This document shows positions 1-8,600 of a stretch of 24,000 nucleotides of DNA, piece after piece. Location of the stretch: contig NZ_BAZF01000011.1 of assembly GCF_000813145.1 (NCBI RefSeq), positions 110,774-134,773 on the forward strand. The letters are read 5' to 3'. Source of the stretch: Geobacter sp. OR-1. Lineage in GTDB: Bacteria; Desulfobacterota; Desulfuromonadia; Geobacterales; DSM-12255. The notes under the pieces were generated by a model, which saw nothing but the letters and a program-made list of their open reading frames with translations, was not told the origin of the DNA and ran no database searches. Within the stretch, counting starts at the first letter, position 1; the number at the start of each line of letters is the position of its first letter. The translations under genes were made by a program, and so were the position numbers.

Positions 1-194
1 GCCAGGTGGCGAATCGCCGGACAGGCCCTGATCTTACGGATCTGCTGCGGCAGATCGGCAGCAATTACCGTGAACCCCTCATCGGCAAGGAATAGTGCGT
101 TACGCAGCTTGCCGGCCCCGTAATCAAGGACCTTGGTAGCACCCTTATGACGGAAAAACCGGCAGTAGCGCCTGATGCTTGTAGCTGCCTGCAT
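1..194 (-). CDS. Class I SAM-dependent methyltransferase, N-terminal part (gene runs off the left edge)
   Basis: My own minus-strand translation from the ATG at 194..192 gives MQAATSIRRYCRFFRHKGATKVLDYGAGKLRNALFLADEGFTVIAADLPQQ... It contains the methyltransferase motif I pattern VLDYGAGxxxN, followed by an acidic residue (LADEG). AAGGAG lies 6 nt upstream of the ATG. The gene sits 35 nt downstream of the NifH-like stop, so it is probably in the same operon. It is absent from the ORF track because it is truncated. Confidence 0.6.
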   Translation of the reverse strand, partial: MQAATSIRRYCRFFRHKGATKVLDYGAGKLRNALFLADEGFTVIAADLPQQIRKIRACPAIRHL

Positions 195-229
195 ATGGAA
201 CTCCTTTCCAACCCGCAGACCGGGTGCCA

Positions 230-1090
230 TCAGATACCGGCCCCGTCCTTGAGTATGCCGAACTCCAGCTCCCCCAGCCGGTCGCCCCACCCCTGCGCCC
301 AGCCCCTCAACTCCGTGACGCTAAGCGGCTTCGGTGGCTCCTGCCAAACAGAGCGGTCCTCAATGACCTGCCGCGCCAGTTTCCGGTACAGCTGGGCGTG
401 GCTCGACTCCGGTGCTGCCTCGATCACGGTTTTACCGTACAGTTCGCTATGCCTGACCACCAGGGAGCGCGGGATAAGACTGCTGACCCTCGTGTTGACC
501 TGGCTGGCGAAATCGGCAACAAACGACTCCTCGAAGCTCCCGGTCAGGCTATTGCCGATAATATCGAGAGCAGAGGCCGGAAACTGCCGGCTAACGCTCC
601 TGATATAGGAGTTGGCCGCATAAAACGACATCAGGTCGCCGGAAGTAACGATGAACGTCCGCAGCTGCAGGGACAGGTTCAGATGGGAAACCAAGCCGCT
701 GCAGCCGGCTTCTCCCGGGATATCGTAGATGATGAATTCCGGCTTGAGCGTAGCGGTGAGATCAAACTCACCCAGCAACTGCAAGGCCTTAGCGATGCCC
801 CTGGATGCGCATTCTTCTTCAGCCAGGGAGTCGCCCACTTCGACACAGGCGATGCCGCGATATCCCGGAACGACCAGATCCGACAACTTCACTGCCCCGC
901 CCGAGCGGATATAGTCGAGGAGGGTCGCAACCTCCTGCCTGCCGTGGACCAGGATACCAGTATCGCTCTTCAGGTCACAGCCGACCAGCATCACGCTTTT
1001 GCCGGCCTCGGCAAGGGCCGCGCTCAGGTTTGCCGCCAGGGTCGTCTTCCCCACCCCGCCTTTCCCGTAAAGAGCAATCTGCTGTGTCAT
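230..1090 (-). CDS. NifH/BchL/CfbC-family ATPase (nitrogenase iron protein-like, 4Fe-4S ligands retained)
   Basis: 286 aa. It carries the P-loop YGKGGVGKTT, the switch I-like VGCDLKSDT (NifH has VGCDPKADST) and IVTSGDLMSFYAAN (NifH has IVCSGEMMAMYAAN). Both cluster-ligand positions are kept: EEECASRGI for NifH Cys97 and GEAGCSGL for NifH Cys132. Confidence 0.8.
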   Translation of the reverse strand: MTQQIALYGKGGVGKTTLAANLSAALAEAGKSVMLVGCDLKSDTGILVHGRQEVATLLDYIRSGGAVKLSDLVVPGYRGIACVEVGDSLAEEECASRGIAKALQLLGEFDLTATLKPEFIIYDIPGEAGCSGLVSHLNLSLQLRTFIVTSGDLMSFYAANSYIRSVSRQFPASALDIIGNSLTGSFEESFVADFASQVNTRVSSLIPRSLVVRHSELYGKTVIEAAPESSHAQLYRKLARQVIEDRSVWQEPPKPLSVTELRGWAQGWGDRLGELEFGILKDGAGI

Positions 1091-1110
1091 ATGAATTTCC
1101 CCTGAAACCT

Positions 1111-1151
1111 GTAAAAAACGGCCGGAATGCCGTCTTTGAGCTATCCCGGCC
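1111..1151 (-). terminator. Intrinsic-terminator-like hairpin plus U-run inside the 5' leader of the NifH-like gene (candidate attenuator or riboswitch expression platform)
   Basis: The minus strand reads GGCCGGGAT...ATTCCGGCC, a stem of about 9 bp including one G-U pair (1151..1120), followed by GTTTTTTAC (1119..1111). It ends only about 20 nt before the ATG at 1090. No promoter can fit between it and the gene. Confidence 0.45.
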
Positions 1152-1308
1152 TCCGGTTCTCCGGTCAGCCATATCCCGATTCCAGATCAAAGCGCTATCC
1201 GTGTTGGCTCGTCTGCGTCTCCTCAACATACTACCTGTATGCCTCGTCGCCTCAATCCTCGCCGCCTTGATTTCATCTTTGATCTGAAATCGGGTTTAAT
1301 CTATTAAG

Positions 1309-1491
1309 TTAGATGCCGCTGCCGTGAATATGTTCTTGCCGGCTCAATCTGATCTTTTCGCTCTTGTCGATCTGGATCACCCTGCCATCCTGAATGACCA
1401 GGGTTACCGTGCCGTAGCGGATGATCCGGAGCGCCTCCCGAACCTGGCGCTCCAGCTCCCCATTCCACAGCTCACCTGCCGGGCCGGCCAC
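1309..1491 (-). CDS. YezD/DUF2292 family small protein
   Basis: 60 aa. The core GTVTLVIQDGRVIQIDKSEKIRL matches the DUF2292 pattern as I recall it. The GTG start overlaps the cysK TAG stop by 1 nt, which indicates translational coupling. Confidence 0.7.
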   Translation of the reverse strand: MAGPAGELWNGELERQVREALRIIRYGTVTLVIQDGRVIQIDKSEKIRLSRQEHIHGSGI

Positions 1492-2444
1492 TAGATCCCC
1501 TCGAACAGCGCTGTCGAGAGATACCGCTCAGCACCGTCAGGAAGGATGACTACAATGGTCTTGCCTGCGAATTCGGGATCATAGGCAAGTCGGGTCGCCG
1601 CTGCTACTGCGGCGCCGCAGGAGATACCGACCAGCAGACCCTCTTCCTTGGCCAGGCGTTTGGCAAACTCGATGGCATCGTCGCTGGCAATCTGCTCGAC
1701 GCGATCGACAATGCTCAGGTCCAGGGTATCCGGGATAAACCCGGCGCCGATCCCCTGGATCTTGTGCGGACCCGGCTTCAGCTCCTGGCCGGCGAGCTTC
1801 TGCGAGATAACCGGGCTCTCCTTCGGCTCGACCGCGACCGAGATGATCTTTTTCCCCTTGGTGTTCTTGATGTATCTCGATATGCCGGTGATGGTGCCGC
1901 CGGTGCCGACCCCGGAAACGATGACATCAACCTTGCCGTCGGTATCGTTCCAGATCTCCGGGCCGGTGGTCTTTTCGTGGATGGCCGGGTTCGCCGGGTT
2001 CTTGAACTGCTGCGGAATGAACCAGCGTGCCGGATCGGACGCCGCAATCTCTTCGGCCTTGGATATCGCCCCTTTCATACCTTCTGCTCCCGGTGTCAGG
2101 ATCAGGTTGGCGCCAAGGGCGGCAAGCACGCGGCGGCGCTCAATGCTCATGGTCTCGGGCATGGTCAGGGTCAGCTTGTAGCCGCGGGCTGCGGCCACAT
2201 AGGCCAGGGCAATGCCGGTGTTGCCGCTGGTCGGCTCGATGATCTCCACCCCGGGCTTCAGCACGCCGCGCTCTTCTGCGTCCCAGATCATGTTGGCGCC
2301 GATGCGGCACTTGACCGAGTAAGCCGGGTTGCGCCCTTCCACCTTGGCGAGCACGGTTGCCCCTGCCCCCTTGGTGATATGGTTGAGCCTTACCAGTGGC
2401 GTGTTGCCGATGGACTGCGAGTTGTCTTCATAGATGCGTGACAT
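1491..2444 (-). CDS. cysK: Cysteine synthase A (O-acetylserine sulfhydrylase)
   Basis: 317 aa. It has the N-terminal IGNTPLVRL, the PLP-lysine motif [19 protein letters not shown] and [11 protein letters not shown]. The SD GGGAGGAA lies upstream of the ATG. Confidence 0.93.
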   Translation of the reverse strand: MSRIYEDNSQSIGNTPLVRLNHITKGAGATVLAKVEGRNPAYSVKCRIGANMIWDAEERGVLKPGVEIIEPTSGNTGIALAYVAAARGYKLTLTMPETMSIERRRVLAALGANLILTPGAEGMKGAISKAEEIAASDPARWFIPQQFKNPANPAIHEKTTGPEIWNDTDGKVDVIVSGVGTGGTITGISRYIKNTKGKKIISVAVEPKESPVISQKLAGQELKPGPHKIQGIGAGFIPDTLDLSIVDRVEQIASDDAIEFAKRLAKEEGLLVGISCGAAVAAATRLAYDPEFAGKTIVVILPDGAERYLSTALFEGI

Positions 2445-2487
2445 GATCGGTTCCTCCCTTTCTTGGTGAAATCAGTTGTGTTATTTG

Positions 2488-2516
2488 CCTATAGGACTAC
2501 TAGTTTTTAGCTGCAA
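2488..2516 (-). promoter_or_regulatory. Candidate sigma70 promoter for cysK
   Basis: The minus strand reads TTGCAG (2516..2511), a 17-nt spacer, then TATAGG (2493..2488). The -10 element overlaps an 8-bp palindrome, CCTATAGG. Confidence 0.3.
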
Positions 2517-2522
2517 AAAAAA

Positions 2523-2984
2523 TCAGATCGAAAAATCAAGCTGCTTGGAAAGCCTCTGACGCTCGAACTCGCTTCTTTCAATCATATCGGCCAGCGTTAC
2601 CTTGTCAACAACCGCGGAAACCGCCTTCTGGACATCCGACATTACCAGCCTGGTGGCACAGGTCGGCAGATCGTGGCATTCCGGGCAGGCGCTCTGCGCG
2701 TTTTCGCCAAGGCACTGCACCGGCGCCAGGTCACCCTCAAAGGCGCGGATGATGCTGCCTAGAGTAATGGCAGAAGGAGTTTTGGCCAGCCAGTAACCGC
2801 CTCCCGGCCCTTTCCTGCTGGCCAGTATCCCCTGGCTCTTGAGGGTCAGCAGGATCGCCTCCAGGAACTTCTTGGGGATATTCTCGGCCTGGGCCAGCTC
2901 GGCGATCAGGAAGCAATCCTTGTCCGTGGAACGGGCCATGAAGCTGAGCGCCTTGATGGCGTATTTGCTGCGCATTGAAATCAT
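2523..2984 (-). CDS. Rrf2-family transcriptional regulator (CymR/IscR-like, possible Fe-S ligands)
   Basis: MISMRSKYAIKALSFMA... is a typical Rrf2 N-terminal wHTH, with GPGGGYWLA. A four-Cys cluster follows: CLGENAQSACPECHDLPTC. I chose the start at 2984 (AGGA 5 nt upstream; 2975 is also possible) because the longer track ORF, which runs to 3041, would cover the predicted promoter. Confidence 0.85.
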   Translation of the reverse strand: MISMRSKYAIKALSFMARSTDKDCFLIAELAQAENIPKKFLEAILLTLKSQGILASRKGPGGGYWLAKTPSAITLGSIIRAFEGDLAPVQCLGENAQSACPECHDLPTCATRLVMSDVQKAVSAVVDKVTLADMIERSEFERQRLSKQLDFSI

Positions 2985-3012
2985 ATTTCCTACCATTACT
3001 ATAGTTATTATT

Positions 3013-3041
3013 GTTTTATCTCGTTTCTCCGGACATGTCAA
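3013..3041 (-). promoter_or_regulatory. Candidate sigma70 promoter for the rrf2 gene
   Basis: The minus strand reads TTGACA (3041..3036), a 17-nt spacer, then TAAAAC (3018..3013). Confidence 0.45.
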
Positions 3042-3091
3042 CCGGTTTTTTTATGGGCAATTCAGCTCGGGAGAAAACCCTGATATTGGCT

Positions 3092-3120
3092 TTGACACCG
3101 ATGAAAAGCCGGTCTAAAAT
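3092..3120 (+). promoter_or_regulatory. Candidate sigma70 promoter for the flavoprotein gene
   Basis: TTGACA (3092..3097), a 17-nt spacer, then TAAAAT (3115..3120). It lies back-to-back with the rrf2 promoter. Confidence 0.5.
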
Positions 3121-3191
3121 TGCGCATTCACTGGCAACAACTCAGCCGGATTCCACCGTCATTTGCGGGCTCATACGGCAAAGGAGAGGTT

Positions 3192-3824
3192 ATGAAAGTT
3201 GTAGCGTTCAATGGCAGTCCCAACAAAGAAGGAAATACCTGGAATGCGCTGAAGATGGTGACGACAGAGCTCGAAGCCGCTGGGATCGAGACCGAGATCG
3301 TGCAGGTCGGAAACAAGGCAATCAGAGGTTGTATCGCTTGTTACCAGTGCGTAAAAAACAAGAATGAGCAGTGTGCGCTGGCTGACGAGATCAATGAATG
3401 GGTTCAGAAGATGAAGCAGGCTGACGGAATCATTATCGGCTCGCCAGTGCATTATTCCGCAATCGGTGGCACAATGAAATCGTTCCTGGACCGGGCGTTC
3501 TTCGTAACCGGCGTAAATGACAGCATGCTCCGTCACAAGGTGGGCGCAGCAGTTGTTGCTGTACGGCGTTCCGGTGGATTGCCGACATTTAATCAACTGA
3601 ACAACTTTCTGAACTACGCTGAAATGCTGATTCCAACCTCGAACTATTGGAACGTGATCCATGGCCGAACCCCGGGGGAAGTGGTTCAGGACCTTGAGGG
3701 GGTGCAGATAATGCGGGTCTTGGGGAAGAACATGGCCTGGCTTATGAAGCTGGTTGAACATGGCAAAGGAACCATTCCCCCCCCAGAACGGGAACCAAAA
3801 ACCATGTTCAGCTTTATTCACTGA
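3192..3824 (+). CDS. Iron-sulfur flavoprotein (Isf-like) / NADPH-dependent FMN reductase family
   Basis: The start MKVVAFNGSPNKEGNT follows the SD AAGGAGAGG. It has a flavodoxin-like fold signature (IIIGSPVHY) and a compact Cys motif, CIACYQCVKNKNEQC (CX2CX2CX7C), of the kind described for Methanosarcina Isf. Confidence 0.75.
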   Translation: MKVVAFNGSPNKEGNTWNALKMVTTELEAAGIETEIVQVGNKAIRGCIACYQCVKNKNEQCALADEINEWVQKMKQADGIIIGSPVHYSAIGGTMKSFLDRAFFVTGVNDSMLRHKVGAAVVAVRRSGGLPTFNQLNNFLNYAEMLIPTSNYWNVIHGRTPGEVVQDLEGVQIMRVLGKNMAWLMKLVEHGKGTIPPPEREPKTMFSFIH

Positions 3825-3950
3825 CTTTGTTGCGATAAAAAGGGTGATTCTTGAGGGGTGCGTCTCCATAATTGATTTATGGATATATAGACTGTGGCAT
3901 AATGGACAGAGGTGCGGCGCAGCACGGCGCCACGCCAAAAGGAGTATCAG

Positions 3951-4991
3951 ATGACCCCATTCGAGACCTCCTGTTCCCATACCCTCCCCCTGGGGAGCGA
4001 CACAGCGCTGCGCCGGCGCTTCATGGTGGTTGACGAGCCGATTCGCGGGAATTTTCGCTTCGGGCTGCTGCTTGAGGAGCTTGACCTGCTGGCCGAGCAG
4101 ACCGCGCTCGCCTATGTGCGCCGCACGCATCCCGAAGGACGCGTAGTGACGGCAGCCATCGACAACATCGTGGTGCGCCACGTGGCGGACGTTAATCGCG
4201 ACGTCGTCTGCCATGCGCGGATCAACCACGTGGGACGGTCATCGCTTGAGATCGGTATCCGGGTCGAGCAGCCGGGCGAGACCACCAATCATATTGCCTC
4301 GTGCTATTTCACGATGGTGGCGCGCGGCGGCCCCGAGGCCGGGGAAAGCCTGCCGCTGCCGCCGCTGGAGTATGTCACCGGCCAGGAGAAGGAACGTGCC
4401 GCCAAGGCCATGGCCGGCCGCGAGGAGTATCGCCGTCAGCAGGAATCGCTGCTGAAGCCGCCGAGCGTCGAGGAATATGCCCTGCTCGACGGACTCCATC
4501 GCGCCCAGGAAGAGCCCTCCTTCAACGGCCATCGGGCTGCAGCGCTGGTAACCGATGCCTGGGAACGGATGTATCCCGAGCAGGAATATGTGCCGCGCCG
4601 GATCTTCGGCGGCTATCTGATGCGCCGCGCCTTCGAGCTCTCGGCGATCTGCTCCGAACTGGTGGCCCCGGACCGCTCGGTTATCGCCGCAGTCAACCGC
4701 ATCAACTTCTTCCACCCGGTACGGCTCGGCGACAAGCTGCACTTCACCAGCAGGGTGGTCTACACCGACGAATCTTTTGTCTGCGTTGAAACCGGCATCG
4801 AGCGGATCAGCCGCGACCGCACGAGCAAGGCGTTATCCAACTCGTGCCTCTTCACCTTTGTCAACGTTGACCGCGACCTCAACCATTGCCGGGTGCCGGC
4901 CGTTTACCCGGCGACCTACCGCGAGGACGCCCGGTATCTCGATGCCTTGCGCAGCTACCGCGCCCTTGCCGGGCACTACCGGATGCTGTGA
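3951..4991 (+). CDS. Acyl-CoA thioesterase/hydrolase with tandem hotdog domains
   Basis: 346 aa starting at an ATG behind AAGGAG. There are two hotdog-like halves: the first contains HVGRSSLEIGIRVE and the second contains FTSRVVYTDESFVCVETGIE. The assignment rests on recognition only. Confidence 0.6.
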   Translation: MTPFETSCSHTLPLGSDTALRRRFMVVDEPIRGNFRFGLLLEELDLLAEQTALAYVRRTHPEGRVVTAAIDNIVVRHVADVNRDVVCHARINHVGRSSLEIGIRVEQPGETTNHIASCYFTMVARGGPEAGESLPLPPLEYVTGQEKERAAKAMAGREEYRRQQESLLKPPSVEEYALLDGLHRAQEEPSFNGHRAAALVTDAWERMYPEQEYVPRRIFGGYLMRRAFELSAICSELVAPDRSVIAAVNRINFFHPVRLGDKLHFTSRVVYTDESFVCVETGIERISRDRTSKALSNSCLFTFVNVDRDLNHCRVPAVYPATYREDARYLDALRSYRALAGHYRML

Positions 4992-5078
4992 ACAGGCACC
5001 GCTCGCAGCATACGGAGCAGATGAAGAGGTAATTACTTAGAGAGGGAATAATCGAAAAAAGAGGCGGTAAATCGGGGG

Positions 5079-5213
5079 TTATTTGACGATAGTGCCGGAT
5101 TCAGGGCCATCGAAGCGAGCGTTTATTTCCGCATTGGGTGTGGCCTTGAACAGCCCGAATACGATCAGAAGTGTTATTGCCAGCAACAGCAGCAACATTC
5201 TCTTGGTCAACAT
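5079..5213 (-). CDS. Hypothetical 44-aa signal-peptide/membrane peptide (not in the ORF track)
   Basis: My translation is MLTKRMLLLLLAITLLIVFGLFKATPNAEINARFDGPESGTIVK*. GGAGG lies 8 nt upstream of the ATG. I recognise no homology. Confidence 0.3.
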   Translation of the reverse strand: MLTKRMLLLLLAITLLIVFGLFKATPNAEINARFDGPESGTIVK

Positions 5214-5439
5214 AAGTCATACCTCCATCTCTTTAACCAGCAAGGCAGCCAGGCAGCCTATTCATAGATGTTTAACAGCTAAAATCATACCCACTGCAAA
5301 ACAATCACAACCTCCTGCAAAACCGGATAGTTAGCCACATACAGGGCGACACGAACCCATGTAAACGATTTTTCCACCAAACAGGCTTATTGCACCGCTT
5401 ACCTTTGTATTCAAATAGTTGGCTTCGTATTTCATTGAG

Positions 5440-5467
5440 CAACGTTGTTGCACCAGCAACAACGTTG
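5440..5467. repeat. Perfect 12-bp inverted repeat, CAACGTTGTTGC-ACCA-GCAACAACGTTG, in the gltB upstream region
   Basis: Read directly from the sequence. The right arm overlaps a TTGACA hexamer (5465..5470). Function is unknown; it could be an operator or an RNA hairpin. Confidence 0.6.
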
Positions 5468-5626
5468 ACAGGGGGCAAGTGTAGCCCATTACCACCTGAC
5501 CGGAACAAGATGCCTCGCCACCGGAAATAAAGAGCCCGGCTCCTTGCCAATTCCCCAGCCTTGGTTATTAATTGAATAAGAGACCATATTACACCAACCG
5601 GCTTGCCACCGATTGAGGAGAGCGCC

Positions 5627-8600
5627 ATGCTACGTTCCGATGAAGACCTTTCCGGCTTGATGCCCGAGGAGAGGGATGCGTGTGCCATCATCTGCTACAT
5701 CAACAAGGAAGGCCGCCCCACCCACGGCAATGTGCAGCGTACCATCGAGGCGCTGATCAGGATGGGGCACCGGGCTGGGGAGATAAACGGCGAAGGTGAC
5801 GGCTGCGGCATCCTGACCGATATTCCGCGCCAGATCTGGGGCGAAATCCTTGACGGCGCCGGGTTGTCGTCTGAATTAGTTAATGATCCCGGCTTTAGCA
5901 TCGGCCATATCCTGATTGAAAAAAGCGACCTGGACCGTCATCCGGAGCTGCAGGCCGCCATCCTCCAGGCCATGCGCTCTGCCGGGCTGGAGGTCCTGGT
6001 GGAGCGCCCCGCTCAGGTGCGCAGCGAAGTGCTGGCCAAACGGGCCAGGGCAGGCGAACCGCTTTTGTGGCAGGTAGGGCTCCGTTGTCCGGAGCCGCGC
6101 CAGGCAGCCTGCCGCCTCTTCTCCCTCCAGGTGCAGCTGGAGCAGGAGTTCCCGGTCCATGTCGCCTCGCTCTCCACCGACGTGACGGCATACAAGGTCC
6201 ACGGCGCGCCGGAGATCCTGTCCCGCTACTACCCGGAGCTGAAGCGGCGCGAGTTCCAGTCCGCGGTCACCATCGGCCACAGCCGTTATTCCACCAATAC
6301 CCTCCCGACGGTGCTGCGCGCCCAGCCGTTCTCGCTCATCGGCCACAACGGCGAGATCAACACCATCGCCCGGCTGCGTGAAGAGGCCCGGATGATGGGG
6401 ATTACCCTGCCTGCCGGCGGCAGCGACTCCCAGGACCTGAACCGGACCCTGGAAGGGCTGATCTGCAGGTACGGGCTGTCCCTGTTCGAGGCGATGGAAC
6501 TGGTGTTCCCGCCGGTGTTCAGCATCATGGACCGGATGCCGCCGGATCTGCAGGCGATGTACGGCTGGTTCCGGCGCTTCCTCAAGGCGAGCGCCCAGGG
6601 GCCGGCCGCCATCATCGCCCGCTACGGCGACCGGTGCGTGTTCAGCGTCGATGCCATGGGGCTTCGCCCCCTCTGGGTCGGGGAGACGGACCGGGAACTG
6701 TTCGCCTCGTCCGAGCTCGGGGTGGTCCCCCATGAGGAGGTCATGAGCGATCCCAAGGCGCTGGCGCCGGGGGAAAAGATCGGGGTACGGCTGGTCCCCG
6801 GCCGGGAGCCGAAGTTCCTGGAGCACCATGAACTTCGGCTGGAGGTGCTGGAGCTGTTCCGCAAGAGGACCAACCTGGCGGCTCGGGCAAAAAGCCTGCT
6901 CAAGCCGGGCGAGCTGCTAGCGGCCGATAGCGGGCGCCATGAGCGGGTCTGGCAGAAAAACAGCCGGTTTCTCCAGGAGAACCTGCTCTCGGCCTTTGCC
7001 TGGAAGTCGAGCGACCAGCAGAACCTGCGGGAAATGGCACGGAGCGGCCAGGACCCGATCGCCTCGCTCGGTTATGACGGGCCGCTGGCCGCCCTTGCCC
7101 TCTCCCGCCAGAACCTTGCCGACTATTTCAAGGAGCAGGTGGCGGTGGTGACCAACCCGGCCATTGATCAGGAACGCGAGGCGGAACTGTTCTCCACCAG
7201 AGTCTATCTCGGCCCCAGGCCCACCCTGCGAGGCCCGGCCCTGCCGGCGATGGCGCTGGAACTGCCGCTTCTTCTCGGCGGAAGCCGGCTTTCCGCTTCC
7301 GAAGACGAGTCGCCCCTTGCCGCAGAGTTCGGCACCTGCAGCTTGGAGTCGTTGCTGACCCGCTTCGGCCGTCGCCGCAGCCGCAGCCTCTCCTGCACCA
7401 TGGGGCGGGGCGAATCGCTGCAGCAGGCCCTGGACCGCCTAAAAGCCGAGGCGGTGGCCGCGGTCCGCCGCGGGGTGGGGATCATTGTGCTGGACGACAG
7501 CATGGCGTTCACCCATCCCCGCAGTTTTCTCGACCCGTTCCTGGCAGTGGCGGTCCTGCACAAGGCACTCAAGGAGACCGGTCCGGAGAACGGCGCCTGC
7601 CTGCGGCGCCGCACCTCGCTCGTGTTTCGCTCCGGGGCGCTCAGGAATCTTCACGACCTGATCTTTGCCCTCGGCATGGGGGCCGATGCCCTCTGCCCCT
7701 ACCTGATGTGGGAACAGGCAGCTACCGAGGCAGGCGGGGTGAGGAACCTCATGACCGTGCTGTCCAAGGGGCTGCAAAAGGTCATATCAACCATGGGAAC
7801 CCATGAGATTGGCGGCTACGGCAAGTATTTCGCCTCCATCGGCCTGTCTACCGAGCTGGCACGGATCTTTGAAACGCCCAACTTCTGCGGCAGCGACACC
7901 GGTGGGTTGACCATCGGCCAGTTGGAGCAGGAGAACCGTTCGCGCAACCTCGTGGCCCGGAGCAGGGACAAGCAGCCGGTGCCGGTCCAGTTCCGCCTCT
8001 ACCCGCGTATCTGGAAACTGGTCGGCCAGGTGGCGCGCATGGAGGAGACCTATGCCGACCTCTCCAAGACAATCCAGCAGCTGGAAACAGAGAACCCGCT
8101 GGCCATCCGCCACCTGATCGATATCCGCTTCAAGGGGGAGCTGGCGGTAGATCCGGCTGATGTGGACACCACGATAGGCAACCACGATCTGCCGATCCTG
8201 ATCTCGGCCATGAGCTTCGGCTCCCAGGGTGAGACCCCGTTCCGCATCTACGCTGAGGCGGCCCGGAGGCTCAACATCGTCTGCATGAACGGCGAAGGGG
8301 GGGAGATCGCCGACATGCTCGCGAAATACCGTAAGAACCGGGGGCAGCAGATCGCCTCGGGACGGTTCGGGGTCAACATGGAATTCCTCAATTCGGCCGA
8401 CTTCCTGGAGATCAAGGTCGGCCAGGGGGCCAAGCCGGGCGAAGGGGGGCATCTGCCGGGGTTCAAGGTGACGGCAAAGATCGCCGCGGCCCGGCACGCC
8501 ACCCCGGGGGTGTCGCTGATCTCGCCGTCGAACAACCACGACATCTATTCCATCGAGGACCTGGCCCAGATCATCGAGGAGCTCCGCACCGCCAACCCAA

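Noticed and set aside
1091-1308. I considered calling the NifH-like leader a c-di-GMP (GEMM-I) riboswitch because of GGAGACGCAGACGAGCC and the abundance of that class in Geobacter.
   Set aside because: The conserved GACGCAAAGC core and the GNRA-tetraloop/receptor arrangement are not reproduced; there are insertions, and the P1 loop is AGGTA. I kept only the class-agnostic attenuator hypothesis.
2488-2495. The palindrome CCTATAGG upstream of cysK as an Rrf2/CymR operator.
   Set aside because: It is only 8 bp, does not extend into flanking symmetry, and I cannot match it to a known CymR or IscR box. It is mentioned only as overlapping the weak -10 candidate.
5179-5220. An alternative small ORF starting at the ATG at 5220 (MTYVDQENVAAVAG..., 39 aa).
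   Set aside because: GGAGG is only 1 nt from that ATG, and the product has no recognisable features. The overlapping 44-aa frame from 5213 fits the SD spacing better.
5420-5435. A sigma54-like element, TGGCTTCGTATTTCA, upstream of gltB.
   Set aside because: The -12 element reads TTTCA instead of TTGCA, so the invariant GC is missing. A single weak match in 400 nt is not evidence.
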